DNA of 40,674 nt. Origin: a virus. The stretch lies in the IMG/VR virus record IMGVR_UViG_3300037246_001354, positions 1 to 40,674 of that record. One strand, 5' to 3'. The notes beneath the pieces are model-generated. The model searched no databases. It was not told where the DNA came from and saw only the letters and a list, made by a program, of their open reading frames with translations. Both the position numbers and the translations under genes were made by a program. This document shows positions 8,646 to 17,700 of the stretch, one piece after another; the first letter of the stretch is position 1, and every line of letters starts with the position of its first letter.

Positions 8646-9081
8646 ATACGGCTATTGTTGCCTGTGCGGCTCTTTCAGCCCATCGCGGATCATCTTCATT
8701 TAGAGTGATTTCAGAGTAGAAGTCCTCTATTGTATGGCCACGAATTTTATATGGTGTTGTGGCATCAAAGTCAACAGAAGTATGTTTTAACTCATGCCTC
8801 ATTAACCTCTTTTTATCTTCTGGGTTTATTAAACTCCAACACTTTATATCAAGCCTGATAACATAGTCAAATCCCTCGTCAGTGCCTGATTCATCAATCA
8901 TAAAAAACCTAGTCAATTCATTAGGTTTTTGAATTGAACCAAGTACTATCTTACCACCAGTCATTCTCTTTTTGTTATCAAATATGATTTTAATGTTACA
9001 TCCCGCCAGTTCTGGAAAATGTTCTTCTCTAACCGTGCGCATTATCTCATAGGCTTCTTCACTACCATCATCAAACCTCAT
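8623..9081 (-). CDS. putative HExxH zinc-metallopeptidase-like protein (152 aa)
   Basis: Motif LMRHELKHTSVDFD (HExxH) in a small globular protein; this resembles SprT-like or phage 'putative metallopeptidase' domains. Motif-level call only. Confidence 0.35.
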   Translation of the reverse strand: MRFDDGSEEAYEIMRTVREEHFPELAGCNIKIIFDNKKRMTGGKIVLGSIQKPNELTRFFMIDESGTDEGFDYVIRLDIKCWSLINPEDKKRLMRHELKHTSVDFDATTPYKIRGHTIEDFYSEITLNEDDPRWAERAAQATIAVYEQDRNG

Positions 9082-9142
9082 TTACAAATCCTCCATATTT
9101 TTATTTTTATTTTATTATACTACAAATTTGAGCACTTGTAAA

Positions 9143-9637
9143 TTATATCTTAAATAGATCAGGATCAATGTGTTCAACTTCTTTTTTTACTGGACGGTTT
9201 TTTAAAAGTTTTTCTTGTATTTCACTTCTTGTCATATTATTCATATGTACATTTGCTAGTAACTTTTCCAAAACGCTTTCAAGAGCTTCTATTTTGTTTA
9301 TCGTTTCTTCCATTGATATCCACTTTCCATTTATTTTTACTTCTATATTATCTTTAAATCTTACCATTTCTTCTCCTTCAAAGGTTGCTCTACCCCATAT
9401 CGGAGCTGACCAACCTCCATTATCAGCAACTATGCTATGTTCGTGTTGATGATTTGTTAACACATGACTGTGTCCTGGTGTGTCCATTTCTACTAATTCT
9501 CCATTTGGTCCTACTGAAAACCACTTTTGTACTTCTGGTGATACTGAAGATGTTGTATACCATGTAGTTGCATTACTATTAGTACTGTCTGTGCTATATG
9601 TCGTATTAGTTCCGTTCGCCCATCCCATGTTTACCAT
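9143..9637 (-). CDS. diverged tail-collar-like paralog (164 aa)
   Basis: DTPGHSHVLTNHQHEHS, preceded by a G/S/T/N-rich segment, resembles the PSHSHTLNSHTHT block of the three collar paralogs at 11.7-13.4 kb. Coiled-coil C-terminus. Confidence 0.35.
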   Translation of the reverse strand: MVNMGWANGTNTTYSTDSTNSNATTWYTTSSVSPEVQKWFSVGPNGELVEMDTPGHSHVLTNHQHEHSIVADNGGWSAPIWGRATFEGEEMVRFKDNIEVKINGKWISMEETINKIEALESVLEKLLANVHMNNMTRSEIQEKLLKNRPVKKEVEHIDPDLFKI

Positions 9638-9830
9638 TTTTTATTTCCCCCTCCAATAGTGCTGGTATGTCAAATTTTTGCATCCAAATACAATTCCAAC
9701 ATAAAGTTGTTAAGTTTAACTCTTCCTTACATTCTCCTTTGTATATGCACCAGTGTTTTTTATCTAAATTTATTCTTATTTTTTGCATCGGTTTAAATTT
9801 TGAGCCTAGTCCTGTCGGTCCACTACTCAT
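9606..9830 (-). CDS. small Cys-containing hypothetical protein (74 aa)
   Basis: ORF from the track. Its RBS/start cassette GGGGGAAATAAAAAATG is identical to that of the downstream gene. Cys pattern C-x5-C...C-x2-C. Confidence 0.3.
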   Translation of the reverse strand: MSSGPTGLGSKFKPMQKIRINLDKKHWCIYKGECKEELNLTTLCWNCIWMQKFDIPALLEGEIKNGKHGMGERN

Positions 9831-10860
9831 TTTTTATTTCCCCCGTTAACTTGCTTATTATTTCTAATAAAGTTTTTTCTTTTATGTTTACTGGTTTTTC
9901 AATCCTACTGATATAATCTTTAATAATTTCTTCGTGATCTATCATATCTGGTATGTCCTCTTCTGGTTCATCATCCAACTCATATGATATTTTAGAAAAG
10001 TCAACATGCATTTGTTGTGGCTCTTTACTCATTATATTTTCAATAATGTTCCCATTTTCTACCGTTCCATAATCCTTTTCGAAGGTCAACTTTATGATGT
10101 TCCCCTTTATATCAGAATTATTGATGCTTTCAGTACTCATCTTTATAAAGTGTGGGTATTTATTGAACTCTATGAACTCAAGTTCCCCATTTTCAAATAT
10201 GTAATATCCTCGAGTACTACCGGCATCATGAAATGTTTGTTGGAATGGTGATCCAAGGTAAGTGATTTTACCTTGTGTTGATGGTGTGTGAAAGTGACCA
10301 CTAAACACTCTCTTAAAACTGCTGAAGTCAGATGGATCACGTCCTTTTTTACAGATATATGAGTCATTCATATTAAAACCAGTGATTTCAAAATGCCCCA
10401 TACAGTACTTGTAGTGAGTTGGTTGTACCTCAGCTCCCCACGGTACCAAAATAATATCTTCTGGAAAAAATAATTGTTTATGAACTACTTGTATTTTTTT
10501 ATGTTCTTTGAATATACTCAGACTGGTAGGTAGGATTTTGTTCTTATAGTATGTATCGTGATTGCCTACTACTATAATTAAATTGAATCGCTCAATCATT
10601 TCAGCAATTTTATTAGCTGCATCTTGTGTCTTGGTGTTCGTGGACTTCCTGTTATGGAAAAAATCACCAAGGTGTATTATTGTTTCTATATTTTCTCTAA
10701 AGCATGTGTCATGTATTTCTTTGAATAAGTCTAACACGACTTTATGCCACACATCTGAATCATTGTAAAGACCTAAGTGCGTGTCTCCAACTAACAAATA
10801 TCTCACAGTTTTCTTAGCTCCCCTTTTTTGCTTTAACCTTTTTCTTTTTTGGTGGTCCAT
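9823..10860 (-). CDS. 47: gp47-like Mre11/SbcD-family nuclease (345 aa)
   Basis: Calcineurin-like phosphoesterase motifs in order: LLVGDTHLG (motif I), HLGDFFH (II), VVGNHD (III), GHFH (IV/V). Confidence 0.8.
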   Translation of the reverse strand: MDHQKRKRLKQKRGAKKTVRYLLVGDTHLGLYNDSDVWHKVVLDLFKEIHDTCFRENIETIIHLGDFFHNRKSTNTKTQDAANKIAEMIERFNLIIVVGNHDTYYKNKILPTSLSIFKEHKKIQVVHKQLFFPEDIILVPWGAEVQPTHYKYCMGHFEITGFNMNDSYICKKGRDPSDFSSFKRVFSGHFHTPSTQGKITYLGSPFQQTFHDAGSTRGYYIFENGELEFIEFNKYPHFIKMSTESINNSDIKGNIIKLTFEKDYGTVENGNIIENIMSKEPQQMHVDFSKISYELDDEPEEDIPDMIDHEEIIKDYISRIEKPVNIKEKTLLEIISKLTGEIKNE

Positions 10861-11278
10861 CGAATTGCCTTAACATTCTATAGTCAATTCCTTTAGCGGT
10901 ATAATGAACACCGGAAAGTGACTCACCTAATACATATGCCCTCTTAAAACATATATCTTTTATATCACTATGCTTATTTTGCTTCCTGATATAATTAATG
11001 AAGGCATTGTGTATAATTGTAGTGAAATACGCAAAGGGATTTGGTCTTTCTTGTTTGGTTGGATCGAAATTGTGCATATATTTGAAGCAAGTGAGTACTG
11101 CTTCGGAAACCATATCTTCTTTCCATGTATAGCTCGCAAAACTACCCTTATTAGAATAGTTTTTGGCTATCTGCATAACCATTTTACCTAACTCTTCACT
11201 AATCACTCCCGTTTCTTTATAATCTATAACCTTCGGTAATAAATCCTTATTCCTAACGTAGTACCTTTCTTTACCCAT
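10814..11278 (-). CDS. 55: gp55-like late-transcription sigma factor (154 aa)
   Basis: YVRNKDLLPKVIDYK ~ T4 gp55 YVNNKELLQAIIDWK. SYTWKEDMVSEAVLTCFKYMHNFDPTKQERPNPFAYFTTIIHNAFINYIRKQ ~ T4 [52 protein letters not shown]. Basic C-terminal tail. Confidence 0.8.
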   Translation of the reverse strand: MGKERYYVRNKDLLPKVIDYKETGVISEELGKMVMQIAKNYSNKGSFASYTWKEDMVSEAVLTCFKYMHNFDPTKQERPNPFAYFTTIIHNAFINYIRKQNKHSDIKDICFKRAYVLGESLSGVHYTAKGIDYRMLRQFDGPPKKKKVKAKKGS

Positions 11279-11308
11279 TCCCCCTTTCTTCTCCCGACTT
11301 TTTTACTT

Positions 11309-11337
11309 ATTATATCAGAGTGATTAGTAAAAGTAAA
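11309..11337 (-). promoter_or_regulatory. sigma70-like promoter with extended -10 (TTTACT-N14-TGATATAAT) upstream of the gp55-like gene
   Basis: Minus-strand reading is GTTTACTTTTACTAATCACTCTGATATAATAAG; the same architecture recurs at 37966-37994 (+) and 40073-40101 (-). It lies ~30 nt upstream of the ATG at 11278. Confidence 0.4.
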
Positions 11338-11340
11338 CAG

Positions 11341-11703
11341 TTATTCTAACGCTTTTAAAATATTTATTTCTTCTGGCTCTTCCAAACAAAGTTTTTCTTC
11401 TAACATACTATTTCGTTTTTGCATTTCATCGAACAAATCACTAACTTTAACAAGTACTTTATCATACTTATTACGCTGTCCTTCATAATCTTGTTGGATT
11501 CCTATTGCTCTTTCTGAGTAATCCATCAATAGTAAAGTATTTCTTTTAGGTGCGCAATCGTTTACTACCTTCGGTGAGTTGCTACCTTTAACTGACCAAA
11601 TTGTTTGAATAAACAATGGACATACTACTCTACTATCCTTATCTACTGACCAAAATGGACATGTTTCTCCCATACAAGTTGGTTCTAATTCACGTTTTAT
11701 CAT
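11341..11703 (-). CDS. hypothetical Cys-containing protein (120 aa)
   Basis: ORF from the track; CMGETCPF...CP near the N-terminus. Confidence 0.4.
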   Translation of the reverse strand: MIKRELEPTCMGETCPFWSVDKDSRVVCPLFIQTIWSVKGSNSPKVVNDCAPKRNTLLLMDYSERAIGIQQDYEGQRNKYDKVLVKVSDLFDEMQKRNSMLEEKLCLEEPEEINILKALE

Positions 11704-11717
11704 TTTTTTATCTCCTT

Positions 11718-12275
11718 TTAAACTCTTTCACAAATTAATCCTACACGAGACTCTGGTCTATAAGTACTGACCGATCCATTAGTCGCTGTTGATCCTGGCG
11801 CTGCACCTACGAGTGTTCCAGATATTGAGTGCTGGTGAGTGTAAATAACAAGTTCGGAACCTTCACCGGGTGAACGACCACCATATATACTACCACTGTA
11901 GCCGGTAGTACTTCCAGAAAAGGTGTGAGTATGACTATTTAAAGTGTGTGAGTGTGATGGTGTGGCCCAATTTCCATCTACAGTACCACCTGTTACATAC
12001 GATCCACCTTTAACTGCAATTAGATCATCACTTCCAGAACTTATAGCCCAACCTGTTGGTGCTGAATTAGCGTAAATCCACATTTCTGTGCCTAAAGGTG
12101 TATCAGCATATTGACCAGCATATTTCCAATCCGTGTTGTCTGCTACCCATAAATCTTTTGTCGTTTCATCATAAACCAATCTGTATTCGTCGCTTGCTTG
12201 ATGAACCAGAGCACTAGCGTCTACTACAGTGTCTGATTTAAAATATCCATCCATTGTAATGTTATGAAAATCCAT
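11718..12275 (-). CDS. phage tail-collar (MdpB-like) domain protein, paralog 1 (185 aa)
   Basis: EMWIYANSAPTGWAI...DDLIAVKGGSYVTGGTVDGNWATPSHSHTLNSHTHT matches the tail-collar/MdpB pattern (I..W.....P.GW...DG ... G...GG..G....P.H.H). C-terminal YRPESRVGLIC. Confidence 0.55.
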   Translation of the reverse strand: MDFHNITMDGYFKSDTVVDASALVHQASDEYRLVYDETTKDLWVADNTDWKYAGQYADTPLGTEMWIYANSAPTGWAISSGSDDLIAVKGGSYVTGGTVDGNWATPSHSHTLNSHTHTFSGSTTGYSGSIYGGRSPGEGSELVIYTHQHSISGTLVGAAPGSTATNGSVSTYRPESRVGLICERV

Positions 12276-12288
12276 TATTTCTTCTCCT

Positions 12289-12846
12289 TTAATCTTTAGT
12301 ACAAATTATACCTACAGTAGATTCTGGTCTATATCCTGTTTCTGCACCATCGGATGCTGTACTCCCTGGTGATGGAGCTGTTGTACTTATATTAAATCCA
12401 TGTGTGTGATTTCGTACACCGATTGTTCCTTGGTCACCATCTTCATAGTTTGCGCCAGGTGAATTACTGCCTGTTGTACCGGATGCACTATGGACGTGAC
12501 TATTCATATTATGTGTGTGATTTGGCATTGTAAAACTACCAGCCGCTGTGCCACCTGTGATATAAGTACTACCACCTTTAACTGCGAGCATTTGATCGCT
12601 AGGCGTACCATTAATTGTCCATCCATCTGGTGCGCCGTTGGCATAAATCCACATTTCTGTAGTTGATGGTATATCACTATGAATACCCGGACTTTTCCAT
12701 TCCGTGTTGTCTGATATCCATATTAGCTCTGTGGATTCATCATATAACATTCGTCTTTCATCAGTAGAATCCCAAACCAAAGCACTCACATCTACTACAC
12801 TTTGAGCTTTATACTCTCCTTTCATTGTAATTCCATGAAACTTCAT
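12289..12846 (-). CDS. phage tail-collar (MdpB-like) domain protein, paralog 2 (185 aa)
   Basis: Same architecture, EMWIYANGAPDGWTI...MLAVKGGSTYITGGTAAGSFTMPNHTHNMNSHVHS, with C-terminal YRPESTVGIIC. Confidence 0.55.
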   Translation of the reverse strand: MKFHGITMKGEYKAQSVVDVSALVWDSTDERRMLYDESTELIWISDNTEWKSPGIHSDIPSTTEMWIYANGAPDGWTINGTPSDQMLAVKGGSTYITGGTAAGSFTMPNHTHNMNSHVHSASGTTGSNSPGANYEDGDQGTIGVRNHTHGFNISTTAPSPGSTASDGAETGYRPESTVGIICTKD

Positions 12847-12858
12847 TTTATTTTCTCC

Positions 12859-13434
12859 TTATCTTGTACATAGTATTCCTACACGGGCTCTTGGTCTATA
12901 TCCTGATGCAGAACCACCTATACCAGTTGAACCTGCCGCCGTGGTTGATGCTATACTAGCATTATGATTATGTACACCTGCTGTAACACCCGAATTATCA
13001 CCTTCTGAATTGCCCGCTGAGTTATTTACTGTACCGGACGTTACGTGAGTATGGCTATTCAAACCATGTGAGTGAGATGGTGTATTAAAATTTCCTTGAA
13101 TACTACCACCCGTAGTATAAGTACCACCGCCTTTGATCGCAACAAGTACATCACCCGGTGATGCATATAATGACCATCCATCCGGTGGAGAATCAGCATA
13201 AACCCACATTATTGTATTTTGTGGGATATTACTATATCCACCCATGGATTTCCATTCTGAGCTGTCAGCTATCCATATGTCTTTTGTTGTTTCATCATAT
13301 ACCATTCGACTTTCATCACTGGCTTGATGAAATAAAGCGCTAGCATCTACTACTGTGTGTGCCTTAAAATATCCTTGCATGTCAATGCCAGAAAACTTCA
13401 TTTTATCCTCCTTTTGAGTGCTCAACAAGAGCAT
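12859..13434 (-). CDS. phage tail-collar (MdpB-like) domain protein, paralog 3 (191 aa)
   Basis: IMWVYADSPPDGWSL...VLVAIKGGGTYTTGGSIQGNFNTPSHSHGLNSHTHV, with C-terminal YRPRARVGILC. Its start overlaps the 3' end of the rSAM gene by 32 nt. Confidence 0.55.
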   Translation of the reverse strand: MLLLSTQKEDKMKFSGIDMQGYFKAHTVVDASALFHQASDESRMVYDETTKDIWIADSSEWKSMGGYSNIPQNTIMWVYADSPPDGWSLYASPGDVLVAIKGGGTYTTGGSIQGNFNTPSHSHGLNSHTHVTSGTVNNSAGNSEGDNSGVTAGVHNHNASIASTTAAGSTGIGGSASGYRPRARVGILCTR

Positions 13435-14404
13435 TATAATAACAACCTACTCTACATACATCTAATGCATTACAATTTTTACACTCTTCTCTTAAATTTT
13501 TAATACATTCTGTTTTAAAAGTATGTGCTGGTGTAATATATTCATTTTGTAATTCTATCATTGTTTTTAAACTGCCATCCTCTTTTAAAACACTGCCTAA
13601 TTTTATTCTTGTTTGATTACAGTATTGAAAATCCCAATTCGCATTTATTAATCCGGTTTTAGGACAGGTACAACATGTTGTACCAAAATGAAAATTAGTT
13701 AAGTCAATCATATTTAACTCATTTATCATTTCTTGTGTATAGAAACAAATCGGAAAAGAATGGTCTGTTCCCCATTCTATACCTCTACTTTGTAATTCTG
13801 GTATAATTTGCTTAAGGGTATCTATATATATTTTTCTATACTCTTTGGTTACTTCTTCATCAAACACATCTACTTGTGTATCACATGATATTGTATATTT
13901 TATATCAGGATAATAAATCATGCAATCTAACATCTTCTGAAGTATTTCCTTGTATCCCCACATAGTTATTACAAAGTGTAAATTTAATTTTCTATTAAAT
14001 CCTCTCCACTTTTCATACGTTACAGGGTCAAATGCATAACCATTTATAGTATATGTGATTTTCTCTTTATAATGTTCTCTTACTATATCTGGATGGGTAG
14101 CAATTTTATTTAACGTTCTACCATTAGTGAATAAATCAACTAACAAATAGTGCTTAGTGGATTCCAAAAGAATTTCAATTATTCTTGGATGAAGTGTTGG
14201 CTCACCACCCATAATTAAACATCTCTTATCACTCAGATGAGCACTATTTGTTCTTATAAATTCAATATAAAGGTCTGCATCCATCACAGCCTGATCTCTT
14301 GCTTCCGCATTAAAACAATGAGGGCAATCTAAATTACAATTTTCTGTTACAACAAATCTATGGCATAACTCTCTCACAATTATTTCTCCCTTTAAGTCCA
14401 TCAA
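13403..14404 (-). CDS. radical SAM enzyme with C-terminal SPASM domain (333 aa)
   Basis: N-terminal CNLDCPHC is an exact CX3CX2C radical-SAM cluster motif, followed by a GGEPTLHP SAM-binding motif. C-terminal CKNCNALDVCRVGC is an exact SPASM CX2CX5CX3C motif, with additional upstream Cys residues (CCTCP...C) for an auxiliary cluster. Confidence 0.7.
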   Translation of the reverse strand: MMDLKGEIIVRELCHRFVVTENCNLDCPHCFNAEARDQAVMDADLYIEFIRTNSAHLSDKRCLIMGGEPTLHPRIIEILLESTKHYLLVDLFTNGRTLNKIATHPDIVREHYKEKITYTINGYAFDPVTYEKWRGFNRKLNLHFVITMWGYKEILQKMLDCMIYYPDIKYTISCDTQVDVFDEEVTKEYRKIYIDTLKQIIPELQSRGIEWGTDHSFPICFYTQEMINELNMIDLTNFHFGTTCCTCPKTGLINANWDFQYCNQTRIKLGSVLKEDGSLKTMIELQNEYITPAHTFKTECIKNLREECKNCNALDVCRVGCYYNALVEHSKGG

Positions 14405-14422
14405 TCTGTGTAATGCTAAGGA

Positions 14423-14788
14423 CTAGACTATACCGGTATCTTTGGTGGACCCGTCAGATTGAAGTGATATTTTATTTTCTACTTCTCTTTTGGTCTTGGC
14501 AAGCTCGCTACTCATTTCTAAGAATTTCATTTTGAGCTTGTCCATTGACCGTTTCTTAATTCTAAATTTCTTTTCCAAGATAGAGCTTTTTACACTATCA
14601 CCAAGTATGAAATCAAATTTTGACTTCCTCTTCAGTAACTTATTTAGCTCATTTATCTGATTTACTACGTCACTTTCTAATTTAAATTCCTCTTGAATCT
14701 TACGTACGAGTTCTTTATTACCGGTATCCTTATCAACGATGCCGATATTGAGATTTCTAAAATCATCTATGTATTTTTTAAATTTCAT
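14423..14788 (-). CDS. hypothetical basic coiled-coil protein (121 aa)
   Basis: ORF from the track, Lys/Glu-rich. Its start abuts the stop of the upstream giant gene. Confidence 0.4.
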   Translation of the reverse strand: MKFKKYIDDFRNLNIGIVDKDTGNKELVRKIQEEFKLESDVVNQINELNKLLKRKSKFDFILGDSVKSSILEKKFRIKKRSMDKLKMKFLEMSSELAKTKREVENKISLQSDGSTKDTGIV

Positions 14789-17700
14789 TATGGACTACTC
14801 GTACTAATGCTTAATGACTCGCTTTCAGAGCTAGATGATTGACTGCTTGAGCTAATACTTGAACTGCTGCTAGAACTAGAAACACTTGACGAGCTAGAAC
14901 TGCTAAGGCTTGATGAAGAGCTAGAACTGCTAGAACTTAGAGAACTCGAACTCGAAGAAACACTGCTCGAAGAGCTAGAACTACTACCCGGACAGATAAA
15001 GCCACCACTAACCAATAAGAAGTTATCAAATGCCGCTGAAACAATTGGAGTTCCTGTATAATTTTGTACATATAATGATACATCTACTTCTTCAAAAGTC
15101 TGTACAGTATAAGGACCACCAATCGCAACCCAAGTTGATCCATTCCAATAGTATGACTGCCAATCATCACCAACTCTGGTGATTCTGAATCCACCACTAG
15201 TTATAGGCGCTGAAACATTTGTACTGTCAATCACAACACCACCAGATACCATTTCTTCTGTGATTGTGGTTGTATGCGCTCTCTTATAAACTCTTGTTCC
15301 CCTACTTCCAGCTGTAAATTGTAGTACTTCAAATCCTACATTCCAACCACTACCACTAACTATTGATAATTCTCTCCAATCAGTTTGAACATCAAAATTT
15401 TCATTTGTAGGTATTAACCATCTTGTTGTTGCTTTAGATAGATTTGTTGTATCGTCTACATGTATTATAAGTTCTTCGCCGCTTACTATCATATTACCTA
15501 CTGTGGTCCATCTTTGTACATCTGGTACTGTTCCATCAGGTTGATCGAAGTCATCATTCGGTGTGATGAAACAAGAGAAACTACTGCTTGATGTCGAACT
15601 ACTACTAAATGATTCAGAACTAGAACTAGAACTTAATGAACTAGAACTGGAATCAGAACTGGATGAAATACTGCTCGATGAAATACTGCTCGATGAAATA
15701 CTACTCAATGAGCTAGAGCTAAGACTCGAGCTGCTCGACGAGCTTGATCTGGAGCTGGAACTAGAACTTACAGAACTGGAGCTTGAAGAAACGCTACTTG
15801 AACTAGAAGAAATAGAGCTTATACTTGATGAACTCGATGATCTACTTGAACTGGAAAAACTTTCACTGCTTGAAGATATTGAACTTGAACTCGCGCTTGA
15901 ACTGGAGAGAATAAATCTATCTTCAAGTTCTTTAATTAGTTCGTAATAATCTGCTGGAGTCAATCCACAATTTTCAAATTGTGATCCTTTATATCTTCTT
16001 CTTATTCTTGCTTTTTTCCATGGTGTAGATGAGCTAGATAAGCTTGAAGAACTAGAACTTAATGAGCTAGAACTGGAACTAGAACTTAATGAGCTAGAAC
16101 TGGAACTGGAACTTAATGAGCTAGAACTGGAACTGGAACTGGAACTTAATGAGCTAGAACTGGAACTGGAACTTAATGAATTAGAAGAACTCGATGAACA
16201 ATCATCTATAAGATAACTTCCTAAAGTTCCTGTAGCAAATTTACCAACATAAACATATTTTCCATCGCCCCAAACTGAAAGCAATCCGGCATCTACTTCT
16301 GTGTTTGTATCAAGAAGTGTTAAATTACCAGAACCATCTACTACATGACTCTTGAAGCCTTGAGTAAGATCGGCACAATAAATAAAAGTTCCATCTCCCC
16401 AAACTTTTTGAGGTTGCCCACCTGCTAATACAGTAACATATGATAAATTACCAGATTCATCAACAGAGTAAGTTTGCATTCCTTCATTTTGATTAGCAAC
16501 ATAAATAAAGTTTCCATCACCCCAAACACCCTGGTAGTTACTACCACCACCTTGCTTTTGGGTAGAAATATGATTTAAATTACCTGCACCATCAACAGAA
16601 TAACTTAAAATACCAATACCAGTCGAAGCAACATAAATAAAATTTCCATCACCCCAAACATCTTTATAAATACTGCCTTGGTCATCTACATCTTTAAATG
16701 TTAAGAAACCAGCACCATCAACAGAGTAACTTCTAAGACCTTGATTATCACAAGCACAATAAATAAAAGTTCCATCACCCCAAACACCCTGGTAGTTATC
16801 ACCTTGATCTATTAAATGTATTGGAGTTAGGATACCATTTTCATCAACAGAATAACTTCTAAGTCCAAGGTGGCTATTAGCAACATAAATAAAGTTTCCA
16901 TCCCCCCAAACACCATTATAAGAATTGCCTTGATCGTCTGTATCTACATGCGTTAAAACACCTGAACCATGATCGACTGAAAAACTTCTAAGACCCTCAA
17001 GTTCACCCGCAACATAGATATAATTTCCATCACCCCAAATATCAGCATATGAATCACTACCTACGGTAATATCATCCATAAGTGCTATATCACCTGAACC
17101 AGTACAGGTTGACGACGAACTACTGGAACGAGATGAACTTGATACTGATGATGAACTAATAGATGAACTAGATAAACTGGATGAACTAATAGAGCTAGAA
17201 CTAGAACTCGAACTTAATGAACTAGAACTTAGCGAACTCGAACTTAATGAGCTAGAACTGGAAATAGAACTAGAACTGCTTGAAGATGAATTGAAATTAA
17301 TTTCAAAATTCTGAGTATAGCCTGTAGCACTATCGGCGGGAGAAGCACCGGAATCTCTGGAAACTAATACATAAAGATATTGTTTTGCTCCAGTTTCACA
17401 GGTAATTGATAGTGCATCTATTAATGATCCCGAGGTTCTAGCGGAATCGGAGTGAATATCTAGTGTTGCTATAGTTCCATTCCTTTTGAAAGAGCAATAT
17501 AATAAATCAGATGATGTTCCACCATCATTATAAGCTTCTGTATTATCTGTGTTCTGGTCGCTTATTCTAAAATCTAAACTGTTACTATTTCCATAGGCAT
17601 AAACTACTATTCCATCATTTCCGCTGAATTGATCGTTAAATGTTCCAATTATGTTAGAAACAGAACACAAAATTGTTTGAGAAATAGTACCAGTAACAGC

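Noticed and set aside
9085-9142. A/T-rich tract (tttttatttttattttattatactac) upstream of the HExxH gene as a possible promoter, terminator or origin-like element
   Set aside because: No inverted repeat or strong consensus hexamers at correct spacing beyond a TATAAT-like word. It cannot be distinguished from ordinary AT-rich intergenic sequence in this genome.
11279-11340. A MotA-box (T4 middle promoter, TTTGCTTTA at -30) upstream of the gp55-like gene
   Set aside because: Only a loose GTTTACTTT is present; the region is better explained by the -35-like TTTACT plus extended -10, and no motA homologue is visible in the window.
15563-15946. Plus-strand ORFs translating to ELELEL/LELRLEL low-complexity 'proteins' (also 24016..24318 and 23083..23313)
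   Set aside because: They are the antisense reading of the serine-codon repeats inside the giant minus-strand genes. No RBS, pure repeat composition and full containment in a much longer ORF make them artefacts.
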